Shown: piece after piece, positions 1 to 13,401 of the stretch
Layout of the letters: each line of letters opens with the position of its first letter
Numbering within the stretch: the first letter of the stretch is position 1
Assembly (NCBI GenBank): GCA_012295275.1
Contig: CM022676.1
Span: forward strand, 13,206,001-13,270,000
From: Chrysomallon squamiferum
Lineage: Eukaryota > Animalia > Mollusca
Length of the DNA stretch: 64,000 nt
Direction: 5' to 3'
Translations under genes and position numbers: made by a program
The notes under the pieces: generated by a model
Databases searched by the model: none
Told to the model about the DNA's origin: nothing
Seen by the model: only the letters and a program-made list of their open reading frames with translations

Positions 1-708
1 ATTATGGATAGTAAGTGGTCATGCCACTAGGTTGTAAGTGAATATTTGTTGATGCCAAAAAGTTGTGACTGCACTAATGATATTTTGGTTTCAGTGAAAT
101 TAGTATGTTCACATATTACATTGTTTTGCCAGTAATGTTATAATGAGACTAAAGACATTATGGTCATGATTGTTTGGTAAATATATCAAAACCAAAAAGA
201 CATGAGTGCACTTGCGATGTTCTGTTCCTATATACATGTCTCAATTCACTTTATGACAAAAGGACTTATTTACACTTAAGACTTTTTTAAGTCTGTGATT
301 TTCATACACCAAAATGTTGTAAGCGATTCTGGGGGTGGGGTGAGCTAATGACTAGAACTGTTGTCAAGAAAAATTCTGAATAGATGAGTCTAAAAACAAG
401 CAGTAAACGTGTGATTTCAAAAACCTGTGTCAATACATATACAAATGCCAGACAACTGAAACTTTGTTTTGCATTTTTCTCAGTTTGGCAAAAATGCAGT
501 TACAACCTCATAGCTCTAACCCCTCAATTTATTTATGATACTGATCTATAAAAGAACATAGAAAATTACAAGAGATAAAACATTTAAAAAAAAGGTATTT
601 TAAGGGTGGACTTTTGTCTATAGTTATAGATGTTCTATCTTAACAGTTTCCATCCTTACATAACTCTCAGTCAATGATTAGTCTCTTAACACTTTTCTTC
701 TTTGACAG

Positions 709-1349
709 ATAACAGATCAACAAGTGTTCCTACAGTGCTACCACAATCAACTTCTTCCTGTAATTTAGTTTGTATTATCCTGATTACTGTTGTCAGTGTC
801 ACAGGTGTTTGCATAATCATAGTATGTTGTTTGATATCACTAAGAAACAAAAATACAAAAAAGAACAATAAAAATGAAAATGTACAACTGGGCAGTGAAA
901 TGAGCATTGAAAAGACTCACACGAAAGCAGCATCTTCTACTGATAACAAAGCAGAAGAAAACTGTAACATCCAAGAGAACATTGACAAAAAAAGTGATAC
1001 TGAAGATGTAGAAAGTTCACTGTCTTTCAAAGAAAGGATTCCTAATAAAGCTGGTTCAACCAATACATCCGGTTACCATGGAAATCCTGGAGCAGATGAA
1101 ATATCTGAAGATTACTCAGATAATCAGACCAATGTGCAGCCTGCAAATCAACCAGTTAGTAATGATGTCTGTGAAGAACACACAGAATATGAAGTCTGTC
1201 AACAGACAGTCAGTGATTCACTGAATAAAACTGATGATATGAGTGACAGTACAACAGTGAACCAACATCCTGTCAGACAGAATCACAATGATGTTGATCA
1301 TCAGATTAAAGAATGTTCAGGGATACATGTTACCATCATTAATGTTTAG
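709..1349 (+). CDS. Terminal exon of a type-I membrane receptor (gene 0): stalk, Cys-rich TM, ~170-aa acidic/polar cytoplasmic tail
   Basis: Acceptor cttttcttctttgacag|AT (phase 1). Open frame (D)NRSTSVPT...LVCIILITVVSVTGVCIIIVCCLISL-RNKNTKK...HVTIINV-TAG. The hydrophobic run is followed by a basic stop-transfer stretch. Upstream exons are not in the window. Confidence 0.8.
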
Positions 1350-2861
1350 TACACATAGCTACTACACCACATGATAGCTTATTTTAAATAAATTCTAGAT
1401 GCCAGTGATTGTTTGTGGATGCTGCTTTACTAATCGAGGAACAGCTTCATTTCTGTCTTTTATCTCTGATATAACAAAATGATAGCTTTTAAAAATGTCT
1501 GTATTGTGTTGATGGTTTTTATTCCAGACTGAGTAATAGGCTTATTAACATGGATAAATGTACAACTTAATGCTTGTCCTTCACAAAATCTTTTATAAAT
1601 ACATTTTAACACTTTTGATTATGATGTTTGCAGTAAGAACTTGTATGATTGGTTAACAGTATGCTATCTGTGCTGTCAGGGTGTTTTATTGTGGAATGTC
1701 CTGTATGGATGTTTTAATGAGACGGAAAAGAATATTTACATTTGATCTGATTATATTTCTGATTTATTATCTGAAATTATAGTTTGTAAATTAGATATTA
1801 CTGTTACTTGTCTAGTTTTAGTAATCAGATTATACTTTTTACATCACCTTGTCCTTTGATATTATAATAATAATAATATTATTATTAACATTATTATTTA
1901 TTGGATATTTTTCTTTTTCTTTTTTAAAATGTATTTTCTCCACTTCACTTGTTTTTACCATACTAAAGCTTAATTCCTACACATTTTTATTTTATTCATA
2001 TTAATATGTTTATATTAGAATCGACAACAACAGAAACAACACCATCAAGCAGCAAGTAATGTAATCACATTGTTAGCCCTAACCTTGTGCTAATCATTCA
2101 TGTAACCTCAGTTCCCCTTCCACTGTTCTTAATAAAACCATCTGAAATCTTTATATGCAAAAACACTAATCAGAAACTAGTCAAGAATGCATGAAAATTA
2201 TTCTTTTCAAAATATAATATGATCTCATCTAATGAACACATTTCATTATTAAATTAACGTAAATTATGCAAGTTTATGGAATCTGAGTAAACACAGACTT
2301 AAGACAGCCATAACGAAGGTGTTGACTCGGGCAAAATGATGGATACCACTGACATGGATGATAGCAACATAGTGGTCATTGCTGACATCCTAGTCTCAGT
2401 AAAAGTCCCAGCCAATGTTATATGCATTCACTTTAACTGGTTAGTGGTAGACAGAGTTCAGCCAGTCAGTGCAGAATCAATGTTTTTTAACCTCTGTTAA
2501 TTTGGCTTACAAGCAGACAAAAACTTTATGAATTGCATGGAGAAAAAGATAAAGATTTGCTCATAAACGGAGTGTTGTTGTTTCTTTGATCGTGAGTTTT
2601 TCTGTGAATTCATAACCTGTATGTAAAACAGGATGTTTTAAACACTCAACAGTGAAAACCATGTTAAATATTTTGCAAGCATCAGGCTCTGGCTGCTTTT
2701 AGCCCCATTGGAAAGCTATTAAAATATGTAAAAACGGTGACCATTATAGTAGGTTCAGTTGATTATTTTCAGTGAAAAACATTGGCTGCTGGCGGTTATA
2801 AACCAGTGACTGCACAGAACAGCTCATTTAAAGAAGGAAATGCTTTTGTGTGAATTTGTGG

Positions 2862-2901
2862 TGGGATTTTGAACAGCTGACTGTTAGACGAGTTTCGACT
2901 G
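2862..2901. mobile_element. Terminal inverted-repeat-like end of a Tc1/mariner(pogo)-type DNA transposon fragment (copy at ~37036-37075)
   Basis: Ends ...ctgttagacgagtttcgactg; the reverse complement begins CAGTCGAAACTCG, a CAGT terminus typical of the Tc1/mariner-pogo group. Partner TIR not found. Confidence 0.35.
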
Positions 2902-4042
2902 TGTGTATGTATGTACAGACACAGATACACCTTGATAATTCAAAACTGAAAAGTATCAATAAAATAGGTTAACTTTCAGAGAATTCAGACATTTACAGCA
3001 GTTTCTTCTAATGAACATACATGTACAGGTCTGTATATATAAGCATATATCTGTATATCTAGCTATCTATCTATATATGAATGACTGTATGTATTCATAT
3101 TTACAAGCATAATTCGTACAATTCTCTTAAATCACATTTAAATTGCAAATAACATGTTTCCCACAATACACTTTTGTAAATACAAAGAAACACTAATGAG
3201 AAGAGTTAATGGTTCACTATGGCAGTTCTTTGAGGACTGTATACAATTATATATTATGTAAATTCAAAAGCCTTACATAGACAGATGACCTATAAAAAGT
3301 TAATTTTATTCCGCTTAAAGAACAACTTAAATATTCTCTGCTTTGAGTTTTTCTAAGGCTAATTTCAATTAAATCAATAGTCTAGGACCGAAAAAAAACT
3401 TTGAGAAACAAGTTTTCAATCAGGATATATCTGTTGTCAGCATTTGAATTTTTGAAGGTCATTAAGAACGAATATAAGTGCTTGACTGGGACAAGACTTT
3501 CACTTCTGGAGATAGACGTGATTGAAAGATATGAGTATATGTGTGCTGCTAGATATTTGGTAGTAATTAAAGGATTATTTATTTATTTATTTATTTATTA
3601 ATTTATTTTTTTATCCAATAAGCGGAAGCGATTCCACATTTTCTTCAATGATTTATGCAATAATCACGTAAGTAGTCTTGTAACTATTTTCTTTTTATTA
3701 GTTATTTTATTGTATTATTAATTTTATCAGCTTTCCTCTCAGTATATCTGCATGTATCATCTGTACCTATGTCTAGTATCGCTCAGTCTGTATGTTTCTG
3801 TGATTCTGTATATCTACTTTTCTGTCGGACTGTCTTCAAGTACTTGTGTATGTATGTGTATATGTATTATCTATATGTACATGTAAAAATGTGCCTGTAT
3901 CAGTGTATGTAATGATGTTTATCTACATATGTTGTCTTTTTTTATGTCTGTATGCCTTTCTTGTCTGTGTCTGTGCTTATCTATTTCCGTGTGTCTAATA
4001 ATTCTTTGTTTATCATTTTATCTTTATTTTATCTTTCTTCAG

Positions 4043-4154
4043 GTTTATCAACACTTTAGTCATCACTGGTTTGCTGTAGATCTACAGACTCCTCAGAGAT
4101 AGATAAACACGGAGATATGAGATGTATAAAATATTGACAACAATCTAAATTATA
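4043..4154 (+). other. 112-bp conserved exon-like element, copy 1 of 3 (others 25269-25380 +, 35811-35922 -)
   Basis: Preceded by polypyrimidine tract and cag acceptor (tctttcttcag|GTTTATCAAC). One mismatch to each other copy over 112 bp. Confidence 0.6.
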
Positions 4155-4186
4155 TTCTTGTTTCTTTCTTTGGGTTTTATCCTCAA

Positions 4187-4222
<36 letters not shown>

Positions 4223-5485
4223 TGTTGTTGTTATTATTAGTATTATATATATTTATATATGTATTAAAATGATTCTTTTGTTTTTAAGTTTTTCTAAATG
4301 AAATATAATACATATGTATATTTCTAGAATTTAATTTGCAACTAAATACAATATTTTATTTAGTGTGAAAGACTGATCTTATAACATTTTGACAGTTACT
4401 TTTAGAATAATTGGAAAGAATTTAAAACTGTGTTTCTTTTTATCATTTGTAATTAAACAGTGTATTAGTATACATGTGCCAAATACCTGTTAGAATTACA
4501 AATCAGAAGTAACTCATCAGTTAGAATGCTGGTATATTTTCAGTACATTTCAAAGCATTTCAGAAAGAACACATTTTTATAAGAAAAGTGTTGACGTTGG
4601 TTGTTAGTATTCTTACAGTTATTAAAGTGTTTTAATATTTATAAAATTATTGAAATTCATTGTTAAACGTTAAGTGCTTTAATGTACTTTTTTTTGTTCC
4701 ATATTTAAACAGTTTCAAATTTCAATTGTGGTGTTTATTTCTACTTTATTTATTTTAATTGAAATTTTTCTCTGTTTGAATTTAGTCTGTTCAAAGTTAA
4801 ATTTTCGTTTGAAGATGTCATTAAAACACTCTGAATTTTGACGTGTGCCTAACTTGTATTTTATGTTCTTTCACGCACTCGTACAGCATGGCGTGCCTTA
4901 CTAAGATGCCAGGTTTTCGCTATTCGCGTTAAAACGGCTAAAATAAACTCATCTGTATTATGAGACTAATCTTTAAAATAATACAATGATGCAATATATT
5001 AATTTCAAAGGTTATTATTTATTTAGTTAGTTATCTATTTATTTATTATTATTATTTCTGCTAAAAAATTGGAGACGGTTATCAACCAGAGCTTATGGTA
5101 AGATAAAGATAAAAACATAATTTTTTATTTTGTTTTTTTTTGTTGTTTTTTACGATTTTGTTTTTTTTGTGAAAACGATCTGTGAAAAAAAAAAAAATCA
5201 AAAATTGTTCGAGATTAATTCTGGGCGCGAGTACATTTCATAACATTATAGAAACTATGTGTGAAATGCTTTAATATCCATGCTCCATGTAAACGTCTTA
5301 ATTATGCACATACGGAATGTTTCAAATTTCAACACTGACAATAACGCTTTTACTTTTTTCTTTTATTCTTTTAAGTGAATCTTTTATGTTTAAAATAGTT
5401 ACATTTGTTAATGATTTGTATATAAATCATTTTTAAAATTATTAAAATGTTCTCCTTTCTGTATGTTCAGTTTGTTATTTTAAAA

Positions 5486-5591
<106 letters not shown>

Positions 5592-6515
5592 AGTTATCTT
5601 AGAGAGCTGTAATAAAGTGACAGTGTAATAATATTAAATAGAATGTTGTTGTTTTTCATTATTGACTGAACTTGGGTCTATAAGGCAACATATGATGTCA
5701 TCCTCCTTTTTACTATCTTATTTGCTGAAAATAATAACGAAACGGATATTTTCACACAGTATCTGTAATACTGAGATATTTTCACAAAAGATCTGTAATA
5801 GTGAGATATTTAAATATGATATTTACTGTAATAAAAAAAAATGATCATTGTAAGCTGGTTTTAATTTTATTCAGCTAATTTGCTATATTACTTTTATTTA
5901 CATTTTGTTCTAAACGACAACATGATTCCGCTTCAGTTTGGAGTTGGGTTTTGATACAAATAGAAAACGTAATTAAGAAGATAATCTTTTGTAGTTCTGA
6001 TATCTCTACAGTCACTTTCTAATTTTTACGAATTAGATGCCTTACGTTAAATATAGACAATTAAGTGATAAAATAATGTGTTGATTAATATTTAATATTT
6101 TGTTAGAAAAAGTACATACATTAGATATAAAATAATGAGTTACTGACCTATTCATTAAACAGTCACCATGTAAACAGCTGTAGATTATTTGCTACATTCA
6201 AGAATGTAATAAATGTTGTATACGTTTTGCTGAGTTAGGGGAATGATGTAACCTTCGACAAGAAATCTTCTCTCGTTTTATAAATACAAATATTTTATAA
6301 AGATATGTCACAAGATATGATTTACTAACAAACAATTAAAAAAAAAAAAAAAAAAATAACATTCTTGTGAAATGTAATGAATAAATTGAAATAAATATAC
6401 AAAAAATAGACACATTAATATAATGCAGCGCTATAGAAACGTGACACAATAACCTAACCTAGATAAAGTACAACTCGTGTACCCGCAAGAAACAAGTTTA
6501 GTCAAAACATTCACA

Positions 6516-6570
6516 ATGGCGCCATTGAGATATTTACTAGTTTCTGTCATGATTGTTACATGTAGTACAG
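6516..6570 (+). pseudogene. Inactivated duplicate signal-peptide exon (MAPLRYLLVSVMIVTCST-G)
   Basis: 55-nt ATG exon, same length and phase as the leader at 6927-6981, but the donor reads G|ggaagt instead of G|gtaagt. Confidence 0.7.
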
Positions 6571-6658
6571 GGAAGTTTCATTCATTTATTTTTTTATTTG
6601 GTTATTCATTTATTTATTTATTCATTTGTATTATTCAGATTTATGCCGGTTAGAGCCG

Positions 6659-6718
<60 letters not shown>

Positions 6719-6926
6719 TAGTTATTCATCTTGTTTATCTGTTTTTATTATTTTTGATTTTAGTCTTGACAAGAATGAGATATTTTATACCTTAACCGAG
6801 ATAGAAGTAGACGCTTTATTACAGTGAGAGCGCTGAAGTAATAACGTGACCGAGTAAGATAACCTAGATAGACTGGCTATAACTTGTGTACACACGAAAG
6901 AAACAAAGTAAATCACAACATACACT

Positions 6927-6981
6927 ATGGCGATAGTGGGATACATACTTGTTTCTGCTTCGATTGTTGGCTATTGTTTAG
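6927..6981 (+). CDS. Gene A exon 1: signal peptide MAIVGYILVSASIVGYCL-G
   Basis: ATG, hydrophobic core, phase-1 donor G|gtaagt. Confidence 0.85.
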
Positions 6982-7215
6982 GTAAGTTTTATTGTTACTA
7001 TGTAATTCATACATTGAAACAAATATGTTAGATATTACAGATAAAAACTGTGTACTGAAAAGTTATTCAGTCTGTGCCCTGGTTAAAACTAGTTTGGTGT
7101 ATATTATTTAAACTGCACGTCGTCTCTGTGAAAAGTGAATGAATCGGACTATGAAGTCCCATAAACTGTAAGGAACGTTAAACATATCAGATTTGCGACG
7201 TATATTTTTATGATA

Positions 7216-7258
<43 letters not shown>

Positions 7259-7945
7259 GAATAAGAAGAAGAACAATAATAATAATAATAATAATAATAA
7301 TGATATTAATAATAATAATAATAATAACAATTATGTAATAAATATATAAATAACAGAAAGAGATGCGATTAAGATTTTGTTTTATTTCGATGTTGTGAAG
7401 TGCAGTGTTCTACAGTGATAGTAAAATATATAGTGACAGCTAGTATAGTGTTATAATGTTACAGCTCATTGATACACTGAGTATGAAAAGTCTTGTATGT
7501 GATGTAAATGTTTTAAATGTATACTCTGTTATTAGCAGATATACGTCCTTATATTAATGTTGAATATTGTTATCAGTGCATTTGCAGAATTACACTGTAC
7601 AGCTATCTGAATTATTCATTTCTTCATTTGTTCTTCAAGGTGAATGTTTCTTGTGTTTATATATTTATATATAATTATTTACCTATATTGGTAATTAATA
7701 TAAGCTAAATCGTACACTAACAATTAATCACTTGCAATACCATTTAAAGAATATTTTAGTCAAAACAAATATTTTAGAAACATGTGACAGAGACAGGAAG
7801 TATTATTTTTGTAGAAAGAAAGAGCTAATTTTCTATAACAAATGAAAAGTAACTACACTGACTGTACTTCATTCAGTTTTATCTAATTTATCGTGAATGC
7901 AGTTAATTAATTAAAAGACTGAAAGACATAAACAAATTCCCCGAC

Positions 7946-7976
<31 letters not shown>

Positions 7977-8650
7977 GACTCACGCTTAGATTATATTTCA
8001 CATAATGGAGTTGTCGGAAATGATCTACTGAAATACTTCAAATTGTTACTCTAAAAAATTATCTTCGAGAAACAAAAAATCATTGAATAATTAAGAGCAA
8101 GAAAACAAATCTACGGCAAAATGTGTATAACAGTTATTCTTATCACTATTGCAATCCGGACACCATTTGTAATATATCTATCTATCTATCTATCTATCTA
8201 TAATTTTGTTTTCGTGAATAAATTTCCTTGTTCAAACTAAAGTAATGTACGTAACAGTATACCAAGTGAAATTATTAGATAACCAATTTTATAATTACTG
8301 ACTGTACAATAGCACATAACACATTAAAATCAAATTGATATACGTACTCTTACACTGTTCTTTATTCAGAACATTATATATCTTTATAATATCTGGTTTC
8401 AGTTGACAGTTATCACTGTAGTGACCAGTTAGTACAGTGTGTAATGAATGATAATTAAAATCGTGAATAGTTTCATAGATTTTTACTGTGAATCACTAAA
8501 TAATTCAAACTTCTAGAGGACTGTATGGTAGTATACGTGCAAAATATATCGTATTATGTCAGGTTGACGGCCGAATACATTGGAAAAATGTTAGACACTG
8601 AATATCTGAAATAATTAACATGCGGTTTGAATCATTTTAGGTAAGACAGA

Positions 8651-8693
<43 letters not shown>

Positions 8694-8800
8694 TAATAAT
8701 TAAAAAAAAATAATTTAAAAAACTATTTAATTTTTTCAAATCTCCATTTTTTTTTTTTTGAATAATGTATTCATTTATTATTTAATTGTTTTCCGTACAG

Positions 8801-9160
8801 GTGTATCATTGAAGATATCTGGTTCTTTGTCTTATGCAGTGTTGAATGAGAAATTTACATTTACTTGTTCTGTGTCACAGGCTGCTGGTCTTAGTGATCT
8901 GATACTATTTTATAAACTAAAACCTGGAGGTCATAAACAGCTGCTAGGTTCTCTCTATCAGACTGTTGATAGTTGTTCTTTATTCAATCGTGCTACTGGC
9001 TACACTCCAGTGTGTGGAGAAGGGATAGACGTTGGATCATCAAGTGTAAAGAACTACACACTGACCATAAACAGAACTTCAGCTGATGATGAAGCACTTT
9101 GGTGGTGTCAACTGAATACAGCTTTAAACAAGAGCAACAATTTTACTTTACCTGTTTACT
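8801..9160 (+). CDS. Gene A exon 2: V-like Ig domain
   Basis: ttccgtacag|GT...ACT|gtaagt, 360 nt; FTFTC...NYTLTINRTSADDEALWWC. Confidence 0.9.
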
Positions 9161-9331
9161 GTAAGTAATTATCATATTAACTAAACAAGTATTGGAATTT
9201 TAATCATTTTAAACATTAAACTAAATAAAATGATATTAATTTGTGTCCGTGTAACATCAAAAAAAAATTACATTTCCATACGTAGACTGTAGATAATGTT
9301 TATTAAATATTATTCTAATTTTATTACTTAG

Positions 9332-9592
9332 ATGGTCCAGACTCTGTTACACTCAGTTTAACATCACCTGTTGAAGTGGTAGAAGGACACAGTCTCAGTG
9401 TTGACTGTGTTGCTGTGTGTAAGCCAAGCTGTTCCTACTCGTGGAAGCTGGGAAATGATGAACTCACATCAAACTCTCAACTGAGACTGTCAAACATCAG
9501 CAGGAATGAAGCAGGAAATGTTTACACGTGTACAGTGACAAACTCTGAAACAAAACAGTCTGAAAGTAACACTGTAACACTGACTGTCTTCT
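9332..9592 (+). CDS. Gene A exon 3: C2/I-type Ig domain
   Basis: ttag|AT GGT CCA...TTC T|gtgagt, 261 nt; YGPD...VDCVAVCKPSCSYSW...VYTCTVTN. Confidence 0.9.
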
Positions 9593-10043
9593 GTGAGTTA
9601 CTCAGATTTTTCTTTGATATTATTAACATCGTTAAAATTTAATAGATAGCATTTAAAAATCAGCATAAGTCTAAAACAAAAGAGACTAAAAGTAACCAGT
9701 TGACACTGACAGCTTATTGTGAGCTATATTTTTAAATATCTATTTAATTTTGAGTCTCGTTTTCACTAGTATTAAATTACAGTAACAACACCGAAACAAA
9801 ACAGTCTGAAAGAAACAACTTCGGACTGACAATTTACTTTGAGTTATTCAAGTTTCATTGCAAAACATGAATGTTTAATAGTATTTACCTCTAATTGACT
9901 GAACTTAATGGAGTATTGATTTTAATCTCTTCTTGTTTTAAATTTAAATGCAAAGCTTAGTTAATTGTTACAAGATTAGACTCAATAATTTTAGTAATAC
10001 ATAACAGTGCTTTTGTCACATTTATTATTATTATTATTATTAT

Positions 10044-10117
<74 letters not shown>

Positions 10118-10768
10118 TGTTTTGTTTTTGTCACAGTTAAATATTCTTGAATCTTGTTTGATAGTGTAAATTACGTATATCAAAAAGTTATAAATTATAG
10201 ACTAGGAATAAACATACGTAATATTAAGTATAAGAAAAATGGGAACAACGTGAATAAGAAACCTTATGATGGGAATGCTAATCATAATTACATGAAGAAA
10301 AGAAAAGTATACATAAGTGGAAAAAAAAAAACGAATAAATTAAAATATGCTTAAGAGAGATCTAATCAGAAGATATTAATTAACTTCATTAAATAAGCAG
10401 CAATGAGAAGAACAATATTTTTGTGATTAAGTAATAAATTTAATTATTATATTTTCTTGGTAATTTTCTTACAAAATATACTTTTATATTAATAATTAAC
10501 CAATTAATAAATTATTTGTCTTGTTTATGGCATCAGATAAATATGTGTGTTTTTGGTGCAAATGAAAATATTCCCAATCTCTTACTGCTTTCAACAAAAC
10601 AGTCGCCTTCCAACATTCATAAAAACAGTCTACAGTTATGTCAAGAGCAGAATGAAAAAAATCACAGAAATTAGACGTGATATTGCTCGTACGAGTTTAT
10701 GCCGAAACTATAATATATTTTTCAAACGTAAAGTGTAATAAATTACTGATTTGCTCTTTCATTTCCAG

Positions 10769-10978
10769 ATCCACCGAGTTCATCTCCAGCTGTTTCAGGA
10801 ACAACGTTTCCTGTGTTTGAAGGTGACACTGTCACACTGAACTGTTCTACAACTGGTGGGAACCCAAAACCAAATCTGAACTGGACATGTTATAATCCTG
10901 TACACTGCTCTGACAGAGAAGAAACCAGAACGTGTACAATATCTTTCATAGCTAACAGGACTCAGCTAACTGTTTACC
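10769..10978 (+). pseudogene. Gene A exon 4: truncated Ig domain
   Basis: tttccag|AT CCA CCG; VTLNCSTTGGNPKPNLNW...SFIANRTQ jumps directly to LTVY. The F-strand Cys region is missing and there is no phase-1 GT donor. 3' coordinate approximate. Confidence 0.75.
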
Positions 10979-11523
10979 ACAGTAGAAATCAAAACCAGGA
11001 AAATAAGACAATACGAAATGATGAGAAAAACAAGAAATAACAATAAAACAAACAAACAAACACGAAAAGAACAGTGAAGATTTTTTTATTTAAAAACATA
11101 AACACACACACAAACACACACACACACACACGAACAGAAAGACATGGAGAGAGAACACGCACAGATAGACAGATACATAGATCATTTCCAAATAAGGAAT
11201 ATTAATAAAGCATTCAAACAATTTTATTGATTATTATTCATTTAAACAGTTACGTTTGGTATTTGTTATTTATTTTTGTTTTATGTATATGTTTGTGTTT
11301 GTGTGTGTGTGCGCGCTCGCGCGCGCGTATGTGTGTGTGTGTGTATTTCTAGACAGACAGAGAGATAGATGTAGATAGTAATAAAATTTCATATTTTTCT
11401 ATTTTTCTTATTTCTTTAGTATAATTTAATTTAATGTTATTTTATTTTATTTTATTTTATTTTATTTCATTTTATATATCGTGTCTTTACTTTATTAATA
11501 TAATTACTGAAAATGTTTTTTAG

Positions 11524-11829
11524 GTTTTGTAAACCTTTCTGGTTTTCCCTCTGCTGTGTTCAGACAAAGCTACACATTCCAGTGTTCTGTGTCAGGCAGC
11601 ATCACTTTACCTGTCAGCTTTGTAAGAAATAAAAATATTATTTGTACAGTTCTGTCATCTTGCCATCAAGTTGATCCTGATCCTGGTTACTCTTGTACAT
11701 GTGCTGGTCAGACTGGAACTTCTACACTCTTCAATCTGACAATAAACAGTGTCAGTCTTGTAGATGAAGCTAAGTGGACATGTACATATGATGGAAGTAT
11801 TAGCAACAATTGTTATTTACAAGTTTTCA
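11524..11829 (+). CDS. Gene A exon 5: second N-terminal-type V-like Ig domain
   Basis: tttttag|GT TTT GTA...TTC A|gtaagt, 306 nt; YTFQC...FNLTINSVSLVDEAKWTC. Confidence 0.9.
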
Positions 11830-13062
11830 GTAAGTTATTTGTTTTTAATTTGATTAAGTACTTTTTATTATTTTATGTTGTACTTTAGTGTAGTAATTAT
11901 TAGTTGCAATTTATACACAATAACAATTTTATTCAACAGATACATCAAAAATTTCAAAATGAAAAGATGAATATATTCACTGAAATTTGTTAGGCAAACA
12001 TTTATCAGCAAACAAAAATAAAATAATTAGGTTTTTTTTTTGTTTAAAACTTTTTAAACAAACTATAAATTTATGATCACACGAATAAAAAACAAAATCA
12101 ATCATTATGTGTCATAATAATGGAAATATTAAGCTGAACATAGTATAGTTAAATAGAATATTTTGTATTCTGATATTTAATCTATGACATTTTATTAATT
12201 TATGTCAGAAAAAGAAACAATTGATATAAACTATACATATCTGAATCAAACAACAAAACTTTTTAAAAGAAGTGGTGTTGTTTTTTTTGCACTGAAATTT
12301 AGTATGTTTTGACAAATGTAAGAACATTTGCTCCTGAATTATTAAATGAAGTAGATTTAACTGAGCTTCATAAAAGGCTGTATTCTTTCTCAATAGTGTA
12401 CATCAGTCTTTATGTTAAACTCAGTGTACTAAAGAGAAGGTGATAAAATGACTACTAGTTCAAGGCTGTGCAAAAAAAGAGAATATATTGATGAGCTGCA
12501 CTGAAAACAACTGATAATTTCTCTCAAGAATAATAGTTAATGGTGTTAGGTGTTCAAGCATAGTTTGTCAATTGCTTTAATAATCTTGACATACTAAACA
12601 CTTACACAGTTGTAGATAGTGCATGACTAATTCACCAGCAAACATCAAGTAAATTATAAGCAAATAGATGTTCAGCAATGAATGCAGGAATAAAATAACT
12701 CATACTTAGCTATTCAGTTTTGTTTTGTTTTTGTGTAATGGATTATAATTCAAATTAATGTTCATATATTTCCTGGGATTTTGTGGAGGTAGATTGAAAG
12801 CAAACAAACTCTATGACTATGTAGGTCTTATTCAACAACCAGTCCGGACAAATTCCAAGACAGCTGTTGATACACTAAGAAATCTGAGCAGCTCACAGAC
12901 CGAAAGACCTAGACATGAGCTGATCACTTGGACCAGTGAAAACTGACCACTGGTGAAAACCTGTTAGCTGGAAAGATAATGATGAATTTGCCATTTTGGT
13001 TCCACCGAACTGCATGTACAATGACTTGCCTCATAAACATTCCATATATTTATATTTTTCAG

Positions 13063-13401
13063 CTCCAGTTAATTATACAATCACAGAAGTTTCTGGATCA
13101 AGACCAAACTCATTTAACATCACTGAGGGAAACTCTGCTGTTTTTACCTGTGTTGTACAGGGAGCCAAACCAGCACCGACTGTTTCACAGATCTTGTGGT
13201 ACGTAGACAGTAACAAGCTTCCTGTCAGCATCACTGGATCTCCCACTACTACTGACAGACTGACAACATTAAATGTGACGTACACAGCCAGCAGAGAACA
13301 TGATGGTCAGAAAGTTTTCTGTGCTGCTGAAAATAACTTGATGATTGACCAAAGTATCCCTGCTGTCAACTCAAGCAACAAAATTGGATTAGTAATTCAA
13401 A
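13063..13401 (+). CDS. Gene A exon 6: CD80-like C2-set Ig domain
   Basis: tttttcag|CT CCA GTT...CAA A|gtaatt, 339 nt; FTCVVQGAKPAP...W...REHDGQKVFCAAEN. Confidence 0.9.

Noticed and set aside
841-1349. ITIM/ITSM in the gene 0/B cytoplasmic tail
   Set aside because: Its tyrosines (SGYHGN, EDYSDN, TEYEVC) lack the required hydrophobic residue at +3, so no inhibitory motif can be claimed.
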